64,000 bases of DNA from Naegleria gruberi (lineage: Eukaryota), in the NCBI GenBank assembly GCA_000004985.1, contig GG738860.1. The stretch is one strand, 5' to 3'. A program made the translations under genes and the position numbers. Under the pieces are notes generated by a model that saw only the letters and a list, made by a program, of their open reading frames with translations, was not told the DNA's origin and made no database searches. Each line of letters opens with the position of its first letter. Positions within the stretch are counted from its first letter, which is position 1. Shown here piece after piece: positions 21,543-34,547 of this stretch.

Positions 21543-23142
21543 TTAATGATCCCACCACAAAATTCCTCTGTGCTTTTCATTTCTCTTCAAAGCAACACAA
21601 TGTTGCAAATTATGATACAAAGCTCCAAAGAAACTCTTTGAAGTTTCATCCTTATGATAAACTCCGAGTTTAGTTCTAATAGCTCTAGTAGCTTCTTCAG
21701 CATGATAGAATGGAATCTTTGAGAAAATGTGATGACAAACATGAGTGTCAGTAATGTGATGGAGTTTAGAATCCAAGAATGAACCAAATGAACGATCTAC
21801 AGTACAAATAGCACCCTTCAACCAATTCCATTCACCTTCATCCAAATGAGGAATGTCATCATGAACGTGTTGTAAGAAAGTAAGAGTAGTAAGGAAGAAG
21901 AATTGGACTAAAAGTGGTAAAACATAAGTAGTGACCATAACTTGCCATCCAAAAACTTGGAATAATTGATAAACAATGTATAACATGGCAATAACACCAA
22001 AATTGGACAAGTGAATCTTGAAAAATTCACTCTTATTGAAAATTGGTGAAGATGGTAAAAAGTGGGAAGTGAAACTGATTGGGGACTTTTTAGAAACTTG
22101 CTTGTAATCAGAATATTCATTTTCAGCATCATGTTCTCCATTGTCATTAATCATTGCTGGTTCATAACGAATACCCTTAGCATAGTAAGCATAGAAATTT
22201 TCCTTAATTGGTCCAGAAATATTGACCAACAAGTGAAGTGGCCAACCAATAGTAGCCATGACAATCATATCAACAACTGCAGAAAAGGCTGATTCAGATT
22301 TTGGTTTCATTTGAACATTCTTAGTTTCTTCTGGCTTTTCAGCTGGATTATGGGAAGGAACTGGTTGAATGTTTTGTGGAACCCAAGTTTGATCTCTGGT
22401 CATGTGATTAGTATTGGCATGGTGAATGGCGTGTGATTTCTAATAACAGTACATAGTATTCAAAAGAATTAAGTTTTAACACATTCACAGTTTCAAAACA
22501 AACTTACTTGCCAAGCAAAGTATGGAACCAACAAGGCACTTCCAATAAGATAACCAACAATATCACAAACAAGTGGACTATCAGCAAAGGCATAGTGACC
22601 ACATTCGTGCTATTTAAATTCCACACACAAGTTATATTAATAATTTTCACAAATTCGTTCGGTCCGAAGAATTCACACGTACACAATAAAATTCAAAGAA
22701 GGTAAATTGTGTGAAAAGGGTAAAATTAACTTACTTGAAGAACCCACAAACCAGTAAAAGTAACACCTTCAATGAAAACATAACTACAGAATAGAATACT
22801 TTGCAACAAGTAATAAATTGGACTCAAAACCAACAAACTTGGATTAGAAAACCACCAACTTTCCAACAAGTTTGAAAAGTAATAATAGGCAACAGTGTAA
22901 GCAACCAATTGAACCAAGTCAGAAATAACATGAAGCATACTAGTCATGACTGGTCTTTGGAAACAATGTTTTGGAATGGCCTCTTTCAAATCACGAAGTG
23001 TGAACGGAATGGCATCACCATGATAGAGTGATGAGAGAGTTTCATACTTTTCAACACCATTGGTTGATGAGGCAACTTGTTGTGCACTCGATGCAGATGC
23101 AGCTGACATTTTTTTCTTCAAGTAATCTTTGCAGTTTTGCAT
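21543..23142 (-). CDS. delta-12 (FAD2-like) fatty acid desaturase, 3 exons (23142 or 23109..22735, 22609..22508, 22439..21543)
   Basis: IPFTLRDLKEAIPKHCFQR N-terminus and His boxes HECGH, HAIHH and HVCHH. Introns of 125 and 68 nt with GTAAGT donors and TAG acceptors, all phase 0. Confidence 0.85.
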
Positions 23143-23434
23143 TCCATCCGCAATTATTATTCAATCATCTTCATAGTCACCTCATTCCCCCAAACACAAA
23201 CTCCCCAGAATGATTGAATGCTTCTTCTTTGAGGTTAATACGTGTTGTACAACAACGGACGGTAGAAAATTCAAAGAGTCGGGATTTTCCAACACGGCAC
23301 TCCCATTAGCTCCGAATTTAGTCATTTTATTCTTCCATGTGTACAATTCGCAAATGCATGTGTGTGGACAACGAAAACAAGCTTGTTTCATTACATCTTG
23401 TTTTGGAAAATAAACACACAGACTATGGGAAGAT

Positions 23435-25987
23435 TCATCTTCTGTTCGTTTCAATGTTGTTGTTGGAATTTGAATTGTTCATCATCATCATGGCTTGTTG
23501 CTGTTGTTGAAATCGATTGCTGCTGGCTAAACTTCGAACAGGACTATGAGCATGTCCCAAACTCATTGTTCTCTGGAGTTGTTGGAGTCGTTCAAAATTT
23601 CTCCTCAATTCCATTTCCTTCTTTTGCTCCTCTGTTAATTCAATATGCCATGGTCGAATGATACAAATAATGATTGAAATCATTAGACAAATAACTAACA
23701 AGACAAAAAGTAAGGAACTTCCAAGTGTTGCTGAAATGATAATAATGTCATTCAAGGAAGGAACAATGTAAATTTGATTACAATCCTCTGATTGACATCT
23801 TAAACCTACCGCTCTGACAGTAGCAGTGACATTGAGGGTCAATGAAGAGGAGGAGAATAGTTTAGAGTAGGCGCTTTGAGAAATACCTACTGCAAACTTG
23901 GTATCCTGAATCGTTTCATAATTTGCTTTCTTCATGGTGCTGTCAGCTTCGAGAGAGCAAACTTCCAATTCTGCTGTGGTTGGTTCAACAATGGAGGCAT
24001 GATAGGTCCACAATGGTTGTCCAGTAGTTTGAGAGAAGGTTGGGTTGGTTAACCTGAGAATTAATCTGTACATTGTGTTTGTTTTGATTTCGTTGCAGAT
24101 TTTTCTGTCAGTTTCCAATTCTGACTTTCTCGTAGCAGTCATAAGATCACCTGGGAGATTAGGATAAATTTGAATTCTGACTGGCTTTCCAACACCAAAT
24201 TGAGATACTTGTGCTTGGAGGTAGTATTTTCCATCGGTAGACATGAGCCACAACTCGAAACTATTTCCCATAGATAAATCATCGAGAATGAAATCTGCAA
24301 ATGCCACCACATCACTAATGATATTATCTTCAATGCTTAGTAGGGAACGTCTTTCATTGGATGTTGTAGAGTTGAAGGTTGAAACTGCCTTCAAGCATGT
24401 TCCTTGAGCATTATTCACAATGGAAAGGAGAGGAGCACCTGTTGTGAGTGGAATTTTAGTATCGTAGGGAATCATTTTTGAATAGACATCATTCATCGAT
24501 TGGAATTGATTCAAAAATTTGGATCGAACATTTCTGTTTGACAGTGGTGAAATGAATTTCAAGGCAATTTTCTCCTCCTCAATTGAACAATCCATTCGAT
24601 TGTATCCATAATTGAAAGCAACACATTTATATCCCTCACTGCATGATGAAGAAGGATTAAACCTAGAATGTTGAACCAATGTTGCACAATTAGTGGAATA
24701 TGAAACTCCAATCAAGTGGCCGAACAAATCCTTTCCCTTCATCTTGATATTAATGGAGGAGAGTTCAGGATTGTATTCCTTATTTTCTATCGAGGTGATT
24801 TTTGGAGAAATTCGTCTTATAACATGTCCGTTAAAGGATTTCTTCTTTGAGACTATTGAAAACTGTTCAGATTTTGGAATGATAATCATTTGATCATTTC
24901 CAAAAAGAAATGAATCTTCTAGAGTATCATAATGTTCAACAATTTCAATAGAGCTTGTCTTTCCAATTTCAACCCAAGAATCAGGTAATATTGAATAAAT
25001 CACCATAACTCCTTCTCTCTTGTGTGTTAAGATTACTCTTGTTTCAGAGTTTGGACCATTGAATAAGGTGAATTCATTGCAATCAATAAGAGGATAGAAA
25101 GTTTCCTTTTCAATTTTAAAAGAATCTTGATTAATTGAAATTTCCACAATTTTCAATTTCTCATCCTCTCTAACCATGCATTCCACATTGTTTCTTCTCG
25201 TTTTGAATGTGCAAGATAAATCCTTCATTGATCTCAAATCTTTCATGAGCAAACTTCCATGATTAAGTATTATATTGGAATTCAAAGAAATAGTAGATAA
25301 TATTATCCTCTCTTCCGCATCCAATTCAATAAGGTAGACTCTCTGAGTTGACTTTGAATGGAAAATGTTGATGAATTTACTCTCAAAACTTGAGGGAGTA
25401 ATAATCATATTGAGGATACTTTTCGAATTTGCCTCTAGTGAATATTTGCTGATTAGATACACTCCTTTACTCTCCACTAGTTGATATAGCTCATCATCTT
25501 GACTCAAATAGGATGCAATTACAATAGGGGATTCGACAACTATTTCATCACTTTCCCTACTACTTGTTTTGGTGGCAACACTCGAGGAGTGAATAATAGA
25601 GTTGGAATTATCCTCCACTACATGTAATTTGGTATTATCTAGATATAACATGTAACGATCTGTTAATTTCGAAAGAGTCCTGATGGAGCAATTTTCAAGT
25701 AATGTACAATTAGTGTGCTCGCAATAAGGACCATAATATCCTTCCCTACACTCACATAGGGAACTCTGTTCATTAGTTTGGAGTAATGAAGATGGTTGAA
25801 AACCCCTTCTTCCAAGAAAACATTTATATTGCAGCTGTTGCTGATGTCCCGATGCTGCTACCTTAATATTATTACTTAACAGTTGAACAATTACTACCAC
25901 CAATATACACAACAGTACCAAACATAAAGACACCCTCGGCCTAGAAATACCATTACAACTACTCTTGTTGTGGGAGGTTTTCATCAT
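23435..25987 (-). CDS. type I membrane protein with an N-terminal EGF-like module
   Basis: Signal/anchor segment, then CECREGYYGPYCEHTNC (EGF-like). Single TM near the C-terminus (LLFVLLVICLMISIIICII) followed by a short cytoplasmic tail. Confidence 0.5.
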   Translation of the reverse strand: MMKTSHNKSSCNGISRPRVSLCLVLLCILVVVIVQLLSNNIKVAASGHQQQLQYKCFLGRRGFQPSSLLQTNEQSSLCECREGYYGPYCEHTNCTLLENCSIRTLSKLTDRYMLYLDNTKLHVVEDNSNSIIHSSSVATKTSSRESDEIVVESPIVIASYLSQDDELYQLVESKGVYLISKYSLEANSKSILNMIITPSSFESKFINIFHSKSTQRVYLIELDAEERIILSTISLNSNIILNHGSLLMKDLRSMKDLSCTFKTRRNNVECMVREDEKLKIVEISINQDSFKIEKETFYPLIDCNEFTLFNGPNSETRVILTHKREGVMVIYSILPDSWVEIGKTSSIEIVEHYDTLEDSFLFGNDQMIIIPKSEQFSIVSKKKSFNGHVIRRISPKITSIENKEYNPELSSINIKMKGKDLFGHLIGVSYSTNCATLVQHSRFNPSSSCSEGYKCVAFNYGYNRMDCSIEEEKIALKFISPLSNRNVRSKFLNQFQSMNDVYSKMIPYDTKIPLTTGAPLLSIVNNAQGTCLKAVSTFNSTTSNERRSLLSIEDNIISDVVAFADFILDDLSMGNSFELWLMSTDGKYYLQAQVSQFGVGKPVRIQIYPNLPGDLMTATRKSELETDRKICNEIKTNTMYRLILRLTNPTFSQTTGQPLWTYHASIVEPTTAELEVCSLEADSTMKKANYETIQDTKFAVGISQSAYSKLFSSSSLTLNVTATVRAVGLRCQSEDCNQIYIVPSLNDIIIISATLGSSLLFVLLVICLMISIIICIIRPWHIELTEEQKKEMELRRNFERLQQLQRTMSLGHAHSPVRSLASSNRFQQQQQAMMMMNNSNSNNNIETNRR

Positions 25988-26037
25988 TTCTTTTGTTTTT
26001 TTGTTGTATTAATACTGTAAAGGTCGTAGCTTGTTTA

Positions 26038-29000
26038 TTATTCGGAAGGAACTGTATTTTTCATAGCAGAATTGTTGTTAGAACCATTGAATGGTGTAGA
26101 ATGAGATTGTTGAGGAGGATTTGAATTAGAAAGACCTCCAAGATTCATATTGGAAATGTTACCATTATTTCCCATAATTGGATTCCATGAGAAAGATCCA
26201 TAACCTTGGAATAAGGACCAAGATGCATTTGAAGCTTGTTGTTGAGGAGCTTGTTGAATGGTGTTAGTCATTGGGAATGAACTGGTACCACCAAATAAAT
26301 TAAAGCCTGGATAGAGGCCATTACCCATTCCTAAATTGTTTGTTGGGTTGTATTGTGGCATCATATTTGGATTGCCATATTGCATGCCCATATCAAAAGG
26401 ATTGTAAATGAGAGAATTTGCTCTTGGAGAATTGCCATTACCGTTAGATGGTGATAAATTATTCTTGGCAATATTTCCAAATGATGACGAATCAAATAGA
26501 GTATTGGATCCGCCAAACAATGAATGTTGATTTTGGAATGGTTGTGGATTTGGTAAGGCGTTTGAACCACTTCCAACACTATTTGGTGATGATGTGCTAG
26601 CTCCACCAGTGGTAGACGGAGTGGTAGAACGCTTAAGTCCTGAAAGCATTAAATATTCATCCTCATTCAAAAGTTCTCCAACAACACTTGAAACAGTGCT
26701 ATTACCACTTGGTGTTTGATTAACAAATGGATGCATTGGTGACTCCAAACTTGTACTAGTATTATTGCTACTAACACTGCTACTACTCTGTTGTCTCGAG
26801 TGCTTGGTAATCTTACTATTAGCTCCGTTGACAGCACTCGGAAGAAGAATAAATCCTCCTTGTTGTTGAGTTTGTACTGGTTGTGGTTGTTGAGTTTGTT
26901 GTTGAGTTTGTGGTAATGGTTGTAAAGTAGGAACTGGAACTGGGAGAGGTGTTCCAGTAGTGTTACCATTTGAAGAAATAATTGTTGTAGAACTTGTTGC
27001 AGTCTTTACGTGTTGACTATGGAATTGATGACTTGCTTGATGCTTCTCATTACTAGTAGGCGTGTTCTTTGAAGGTTGATTATTGTTAGAAATAGAATAA
27101 TAGGATGATAGTTTCTGAGGAGTGTTACCACCAGTAATATTGCTTGTGGTTACCTTTTGAGGAGTGCTACTTGTTGATACTGGAGTTGTTACCTTGGAAG
27201 GAGTACCTGGTGTAGCAGTAGTAGTGTTAGAATTACTAGTGCTAGCTGGTCTAAGGGATTGGGTTGTCATTGTATGAGGACCACCTCTGCCACCCCTAAC
27301 AGATGAGCCACCTCTGCCTCTGTTAGAATAGGTGCTATAGGTTGTTCCTCTTGGTGTTGTTGTGCCAGACACAGATCCGGCAACAGCTTTTGGTTGTTTT
27401 GGCTTTTTAGTAACAACATTCCAATCTTGAACAGCTCCTCTATTCTCAAAATCATCATCGTAATCATAGTCCAATGAATCATAATAATCATCCTCTTCTT
27501 GTTCTTCAGTATTGAGATAATCTTGTTCATAATTTTCATCAGCAGAATCATAATCATTATTTGTACTACCGATACTTTGGTTTGGTGAAGCAACATCTTC
27601 GGAAGGTTTAGCCTTAGGTAATTCAGTAGGCTTTTCTGGAGTCTTGTTTTGATTGGAATTTGATTTCTTAACTGGAGTTGCAAGCTTTTCTTCCTTCTTC
27701 TTATCCTTATTCTTTTTAGATGATTTCTTATTATTCTTAGAATTCTTGGATGTGGTTGCTTTCATTTCTGATTCTCTTTCAAATTCTTCGAGGAGACATT
27801 TTTGCATTTCCGAGGCACATAAATCATTATATGCTACTCTAATATTATGTGAAAACAATCTGGCAAGATAAATTTGGAATAATAACTTGCTTTCTCTCAT
27901 ATTAGATGCTAGAATTTCATTCTTTTCGTCTTGCTCTTTTTGATTATCCCCTTCTTTTTGATGTCCATGTCGTTTATCTCTAGAAATTCTTCTCTTTGAA
28001 TAATATTGGTCATCATGATCGAAAGATCTATTCTTTAAACGCATTTCTGAATGATTAGTAGAACCCTTATCATTAGAAATTTCCTCATCTGTATCTGATT
28101 GTGAATATTCATCTAATGTTTCCTCGTCATCTGTTTCACTCTCGAGATCTTCTTCGTCACCTTCTTCATCGTCCTCCTCTTCTTCCTCTTCCTCTTCGTT
28201 TTCCTCATCAATAGCTTCTTCATCATCCTCCTCCTCCTCTTCATCATCGTCATCTTCTTCATGTTGCAAGTTATTGAGAACAACAGTGGCATTTGTATTC
28301 GATTCACCACCTCTAATAAGATCCTTAACATTTCCTAAATGTACCATAGCAATAGAACCATTTACAACTTTCATATTTTGAGAAGATCCTGATCCTGTTG
28401 ATGTCATATCAATGCTACCACTCACAACAAGAGCTGCTGTTGAAGAGGTTTGAGAAGATGATGAATGAACCACAACGGATGATTTTTGACTGGTATGTGT
28501 TTGAATAGTTGATGATGTTGCTGTTATTGTTACAGAGGGTGGAACTTGTACTTGCAAATGGGAAGTGGAAAGGGATGAATTTTGGGAATTAGTTGGAGTT
28601 GTTATTTTGCTACTCTGCTTTGCATTATCCGTAACCATTTGTACATTTACATTATTCAAAACTGTGCCATTAGAACCAAGTGTTAATGTTGCTGTAGCAC
28701 CACCTTGCTGTTGTTGGAATAAATTCAAAATTTGACTAGTCATTACGTTTGAGTTAGTAGGATTCGTCTGGTTTTGTGTTTGTGGTGATGTAAGGCTATG
28801 ATGATGATTATTGTTATTATGATTATTTGATGAAAAAGCTTTCTTTGCATTCTTCAAGAGTATTTTCTTGATATTAACTTCGCTATTGGCTGTACAATAA
28901 TTTATGAGAGTGTGAATATTCTCTGGCACTGGAAATTCATTCGGTCCTAACTTTAAATCATTTGGAAAAGCTTCTTCACACTTTTGTATTACTTTCAAAA

Positions 29001-29954
29001 AGTGCTCACAATTATCTCTTCTAACATAGTCATCAATTACCGTAATCTTTCCGTTTTTCACAGTCAAATACCTTCCAAAAGGTAATGGTACTTCATTTTG
29101 TGGTGAAGTAGAATCGCTAGTAGCTATAGTTGTTTGACTTGTTTCACTTGTAGTTGTACTACCTGTAGAGTTTGTATTATTGTTATTTGCCTCGTCTTCA
29201 ATCAAGAATTGTGTTTTTTCGGATATTTTGGAAAGCTGTTTACTAACAAGAACATGATCATTTTCACTGAGTGTTGTTGTAGCCTGTTGAGTATTGTTAG
29301 TAGGAACAGGTTGTTGTTGCTCTGCTGTTGTAGTTGTTGTTGTACTATTATTGGTAGTACAATCAGAGGAGATTGCGAGTGGTTGTTGTTGTTGTTGGGT
29401 TGGAGTAGTGTTTTTAACTTAGAGTGTTGAAATGATGCGGTTTTCCTTCTAACTCATTCACATAATCTTCAAAAACTAATTAAAATTGAATAAATATATA
29501 CTTCTTCAATATTATTAAACATACCTGCAATCACTGCATTGAAAATAGCCTTCTTTTTTCTACAGGCAGGGCATAAACACGAGGAAGGTTTACTCAAAAA
29601 AGCTGGTTTATCACCTTCTTTTGTAGTGTAAGGTGATGAACAACGAATTTGGTCAAGAACAAATTTACAATCCATTTGCAATAATTGGAGCTTCTTTTTA
29701 ATTGGAGCTTCCAACCAAAAATCTTGAAGGGTGTGTGGTATCACACCTTGTCTTTTTGACTTTTTAGATAAACCCTTAGGTTTATGATCATCACACAAAA
29801 AACATGAATCCAAATTTACAGGTTGTGTAAAAATATTTCTCACATTTGTAATATTTTGATTCGAAGCAGCAGCAACCACCGAAGATGATGAGGAACCATG
29901 ATGTCCCGAGGTGGTTGAAGTAGACTGCTTTTTACTTTTCTTCTTGTTCGCCAT
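26038..29954 (-). CDS. large low-complexity protein, 2 exons (29954..29525, 29417..26038)
   Basis: Exon 1 is Cys-rich (CFLCDDH...CLCPACRKK). GTATGT donor and CTAAG acceptor give a 107-nt phase-1 intron, and the frame is confirmed open through to the long ORF. Exon 2 is S/T/Q/N-rich with a poly-acidic block (EEDDDDEEEEED...). Confidence 0.5.
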
Positions 29955-30346
29955 TTTTTTTTGAACAATTTAGCGCCATTATCAATTTTAATGTAGTGAA
30001 AAAATATCAGTGTTTTGTCTCAGATTTCCGAAGAGAGAAATTCTTCTGCAGAAGAATATTTGAATATTAAATCAATCACTCTAACTTACAATATTGATTG
30101 GAATGTCCATCACTTATCATTTGAAAATTAATATTCTTCTTAATTATTTGATTGAAAATGAGATGGCCATTCCGAAAATCAATTAATCAAGTTGTTGGTT
30201 GTTGGCCAATAATCATTAATATGTGTGGATGTTTTAAAGTGGCTGGGTGATTGGGCCAGACGATTCGAAACGCTCACTAAAGATGACCAAAACAAGAAGT
30301 GAAAGTTTATTGATGAGAGAACTAAAAAATTGACTGAATTATTACT

Positions 30347-33175
30347 TTGCCTATTCACAAAGTTGTTGTATTTGCCAACATTAACTTTAGAATAAAGGAA
30401 GAATACGAAGTCAATAGAATAATAATCAATAGTGGAATGACAATTACTAGAAAGATAAAACGAATTGTTCTCCTCAAGAGGGAGGAAACATCAGATTCGA
30501 ATAAGAATAATGGAAGTGATGGAAATAACAACAATACAATGACACAACAAAGAGGAAGAAGCAGCAGTGCAACAAGCACACCTGATTTGGCACCTCTCAT
30601 TATTAGTGCATCATCGAGTACATCATCAATTCAAGATTCATCCTCACCAATGTCTGCTCCAAGCCACCACAGTTTGAATTCGCCTGCAATGGATTATGCT
30701 GTTGTGAAGGCAACTAGAGTTTCATCCATTCCACTAAATAATAGTGTAGATGAACACAACATGTTTAGACCTTTTATTTCAAAGACTCCGAGAGGAGCTC
30801 TTCAGTCAACACCAGGTTCAAGTAGCAGCATTTCATCTTCACCTAATGTTGGAACAATAGTGGATGATTCGTGTATTATTGAAACGAGTCAGCCAAGGGA
30901 ATATGTCCCATCTCGATCGAATACAGTAATTGGAGGAAGGGCTCCAATGGAAAAGGTAGCAAGTGCCATCACACCTGTTGAAAACGACCTCTCAATGAAC
31001 AAACTGGAAAATTTCGAACCAAGATTAAAGAAAACTAAAAGTGCCTCCACTATTACAGTCAAGAAGAAGGTTGTTATTTATACTCAGCCTCAAAAGAGTG
31101 AGATAACTGCCCCTCCAGTTCTGGAAAATGCAGCCAAGTTTTCACTCATTCAAGCTGTTAATAATGAAGAAAGATTGCAAAAATTGAAAGTGGAGGAGGT
31201 TGAAGAATCTCCTCTCGATGAGGAATCAACACGATCTTCCTTCAGTAATGGAAATATGGCTTCACCAGTGAATGTTTATAGCCCTCGAGCCTTTGAGAAT
31301 GGTCTTCATTTGACACCCTCAAATTCAAGACCTTCTTTGGATGAAATTGGTGGAAATCCTTCGAAATTGTATGCATTTCTGGAAGATGGAGACTTGAGGA
31401 GGTCAGCCTCTCCTAGGAGAAGTACAATCGATGAAAATAGAAGATCTACCATCACCAAATCAGACATTGGAGAAGACTTGTTCAATAATGGTATTGAACT
31501 CGCTATTCCACCAGAATTAGAAAATGTTGGAAATTATGGACATGTCTCTTTAGAAAAATTCATGCAGGAAAGGAACAAGAAGTATAGAGGAAGTTTACGT
31601 GGACTACACTCACTAAGTCAAAAACCATCACTCTCTTCTATTGAAGAAGAAGGCCAACACGAACAGAGTTCAATACAGCCAAACGTTCAAATTTCTCATA
31701 ATGTTTATGAAACAGATGGAGAATGCTCAAAATTTACCTCTTACAAATTGTCCAATTGCTGCAATGTACAATCTTCCCTTGACCAATCGACACTACTCGA
31801 ATCGTTTTATCCTCTACCTGAAGGATCTTTATCATTTGAAATTAAATCCCTACCAGGTAATCAAGAAAGACAATTGAAAATTTCATTCAAGGCAAAGAAA
31901 TCTATCAATGTGGATTTACACAAAATCATGATGGAAATTATTACTCACGATACTTCTAATGAAAGGATTCACCAGTTAGAGGACTATGAATGGTCAATGG
32001 TGATGGAAACGAGCAGTTATTTTCCAACGTCTAAGGACTTGCTGAGGAGAATCATCTCTGAAAATCAAAAGGATACATCACAAGGATTTCAATTTAAATC
32101 CTTTTCCCATTTATCGAATTTTATTGGAAATGCAATTCAAGAGGAGATTAAAAGAAGGTTACCACATTCATCATCAGGTATTAATGGGGAAAATCTTAGG
32201 TTGGCTCTTGTTTTTACTCAAAACGATTTTATACCCAACACAATCAGTTCAATTCCAGAACACAATCATGATAGCACAATTCAGGAATTGTTAAAGAATG
32301 AAAAAGTCGATTTCAATTTTACAGATTGTTTGGAAACACATTTTGGTAAGGAGATAGTATCTTGCTCAAGTAAGCTAATGTTCCTGTGCGTTCAGTTCTA
32401 TTCGCCGCTGTTAGATTCAAATATTCAATTCAAACTACCTCTATTACCCAACAATGTCACAGGGGAAACACAGAGGGAGCAAGTTATTCAGACACTGGAA
32501 GAACAAGTTGCCCAACTAGAATCAGAACTTGAGGAGATACTATACCAAAAGTATATGTGGGAATTTTTAATGAAGTACACTTTCAAGGTTTTTGATTCAC
32601 GGATTATTGATACAACTAGAGTCTCAATAATGAATCAAAAGAGGACACTCAAATATATTGGTGGAGAAAAGGCAACCTGGACCAGTTGTGTTTGTCGATG
32701 TCCCATTACACCAGGAAGATTTGTTGATGGCAACTTGGAATCGAATAGTGTTCATGGAGATTTGTCTTCACTCAAGACGAATCACATTCTCTCATTGAGA
32801 TTGGACTCATTCCCAACAGGATCTGATATCTTTATAGGTATTATCAATGCAAACCATACAGCCGAACAAATACTTCAAAATTATGTAGTGAGCGGAAAGA
32901 GTGATTCGCACACCTTCTTCCTTAAGGATAAACAATTCAGGCATGGATCTCTAATCATCAACTCAATCTCGAACAATGCAGATAGTGAATATTCATTCTC
33001 AGACGGAGATGTCATACAAGTTGTTTTGAACTACTCGAACATGAACATTAATGTCTATAGAAATTACCAACGCATTTTGCCTTCATTTGCTCCAAATGCA
33101 ATAGATTTGGAAAATACGGAATGGTATTTTGTTGTGGGATTAAGCCAAAATGGGCAGCAAATTACTCTAATATAG
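30347..33175 (+). CDS. SPRY-domain protein with Ser-rich N-terminal half
   Basis: C-terminal ...GDVIQVVLNYSNMNINVYRNYQRI...WYFVVGLSQNGQQITLI matches SPRY core strands. Start Met uncertain. Confidence 0.5.
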   Translation: MPIHKVVVFANINFRIKEEYEVNRIIINSGMTITRKIKRIVLLKREETSDSNKNNGSDGNNNNTMTQQRGRSSSATSTPDLAPLIISASSSTSSIQDSSSPMSAPSHHSLNSPAMDYAVVKATRVSSIPLNNSVDEHNMFRPFISKTPRGALQSTPGSSSSISSSPNVGTIVDDSCIIETSQPREYVPSRSNTVIGGRAPMEKVASAITPVENDLSMNKLENFEPRLKKTKSASTITVKKKVVIYTQPQKSEITAPPVLENAAKFSLIQAVNNEERLQKLKVEEVEESPLDEESTRSSFSNGNMASPVNVYSPRAFENGLHLTPSNSRPSLDEIGGNPSKLYAFLEDGDLRRSASPRRSTIDENRRSTITKSDIGEDLFNNGIELAIPPELENVGNYGHVSLEKFMQERNKKYRGSLRGLHSLSQKPSLSSIEEEGQHEQSSIQPNVQISHNVYETDGECSKFTSYKLSNCCNVQSSLDQSTLLESFYPLPEGSLSFEIKSLPGNQERQLKISFKAKKSINVDLHKIMMEIITHDTSNERIHQLEDYEWSMVMETSSYFPTSKDLLRRIISENQKDTSQGFQFKSFSHLSNFIGNAIQEEIKRRLPHSSSGINGENLRLALVFTQNDFIPNTISSIPEHNHDSTIQELLKNEKVDFNFTDCLETHFGKEIVSCSSKLMFLCVQFYSPLLDSNIQFKLPLLPNNVTGETQREQVIQTLEEQVAQLESELEEILYQKYMWEFLMKYTFKVFDSRIIDTTRVSIMNQKRTLKYIGGEKATWTSCVCRCPITPGRFVDGNLESNSVHGDLSSLKTNHILSLRLDSFPTGSDIFIGIINANHTAEQILQNYVVSGKSDSHTFFLKDKQFRHGSLIINSISNNADSEYSFSDGDVIQVVLNYSNMNINVYRNYQRILPSFAPNAIDLENTEWYFVVGLSQNGQQITLI

Positions 33176-33508
33176 ATGTTATATTGATGACTAGTCATCC
33201 AACTTTGGATTGAATATGCCATTGGTCTCCTCCAAATATCAAATAAGAGACTTGAGGAACATTGCGCAAGAAGAAACAGATAGTATTAATAATCCGAATA
33301 CATCTCGTGTTTTGAAAGCAATCTCGTCATTAGAGCTTAAAATCACCAATTAAGGCTCTATTTTTGGACAAAGATATTATTAATCCAATATTCATTTTTT
33401 TTAGCGGAAGGGACCAATCAATATTGCCTTATGTGTAATTGATCAATTATTTAAGAGGAGGCGGGTAGGTTGGTTTTTTGGCTCAACAACAAACAAAAAA
33501 AACACACA

Positions 33509-34246
33509 ATGTCTACTCAAGCCGATATGCAAAGAAGAAGAGCCAGAAGTATTTCAGTGCCAGAAACAGCTTCGCTATCATCATCGCTGCGATCAATTGA
33601 TATTCTGTATGAGAAATTAATGCACTATCTGCAGGAAAATGATCAATTGAAAAAGCAAATACATACACTCAATGAAGAACATCAATCAGAAATTACCAAA
33701 CTGAAAGAAATCAACTCTAGTCTCGTTTTTGAAAATACCCGATTAGAAAAGGCTCTGTATAGTATGAATGAAAATGACAATAAGGTCGATCAACAAGCTT
33801 CCATTCAACAAATCAAATATTCTCAACAGGATTCGTCGACCCTCCAACAACAACAAATGACCATTTCAAATGAAATTGAAGAATTAATGAGAAAATGTAC
33901 AGAATACCAAACCGAGTTGAACAAGGCAAGAAATGAATTACAAGACAAGAATATACTGATACAATCCCTTAACACACAAGTCAAATTAAAGAAGGAAGAA
34001 AACGATCAATTATTAGAAGCATGTAACAGTATGAAATCCAATTTAAAGAACAATCATCAAACTATCAATGTGCTGTCGACCAATGTTAAAGAACTCGTTG
34101 ATGAATGCTCGCAGTTTAGAAAGGATTGTACTCTCAGTATGAATAATATTCAGGACAAGTTTAGAGAACAATTCAAACACGTTCTGCTGAAACGATCTCA
34201 GAGAGAAGCATCCCATTCTGTATCACTAAGCCAATCCAATCTGTAA
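33509..34246 (+). CDS. coiled-coil protein
   Basis: A-rich start context. Heptad-rich throughout. SIDILYEKLMHYLQENDQLKKQIHTLNEE motif shared with the next gene. Confidence 0.5.
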   Translation: MSTQADMQRRRARSISVPETASLSSSLRSIDILYEKLMHYLQENDQLKKQIHTLNEEHQSEITKLKEINSSLVFENTRLEKALYSMNENDNKVDQQASIQQIKYSQQDSSTLQQQQMTISNEIEELMRKCTEYQTELNKARNELQDKNILIQSLNTQVKLKKEENDQLLEACNSMKSNLKNNHQTINVLSTNVKELVDECSQFRKDCTLSMNNIQDKFREQFKHVLLKRSQREASHSVSLSQSNL

Positions 34247-34547
34247 ATAAATGTATACATGTAAATAATATTGTAAATATGTTGAATGAATCTTTTATGG
34301 AAGAACTGTAAATGATTGTTTTGAACAATTCTCTTATTTTGGGAAGATAAATTTCAATTAGATCATCTCTTCTTATTAAGGTGATGGAATCAATTAGACA
34401 TACTTGAATAAAGCTTATGCCTTAATAAAATTTTAGGGATTAGACAGTGACTGTTATTGAAACTGGCGCACCAGAAACAATTATAAAAATTCAAGAGATA
34501 TCAATTAGATCACTTTACAATGAAAAGTACCTATTGAATGCCTATCC

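Noticed and set aside
21587-22292. Small ORFs on both strands within the desaturase locus
   Set aside because: Out-of-frame or antisense to the FAD2-like exons, or lying within introns.
28113-29430. KRRRR-rich minus ORF 28113..28331 and Cys-rich plus ORF 29134..29430
   Set aside because: Out-of-frame or antisense readings of the GAA/GAT poly-acidic and CAA/ACA tracts of the large low-complexity gene.
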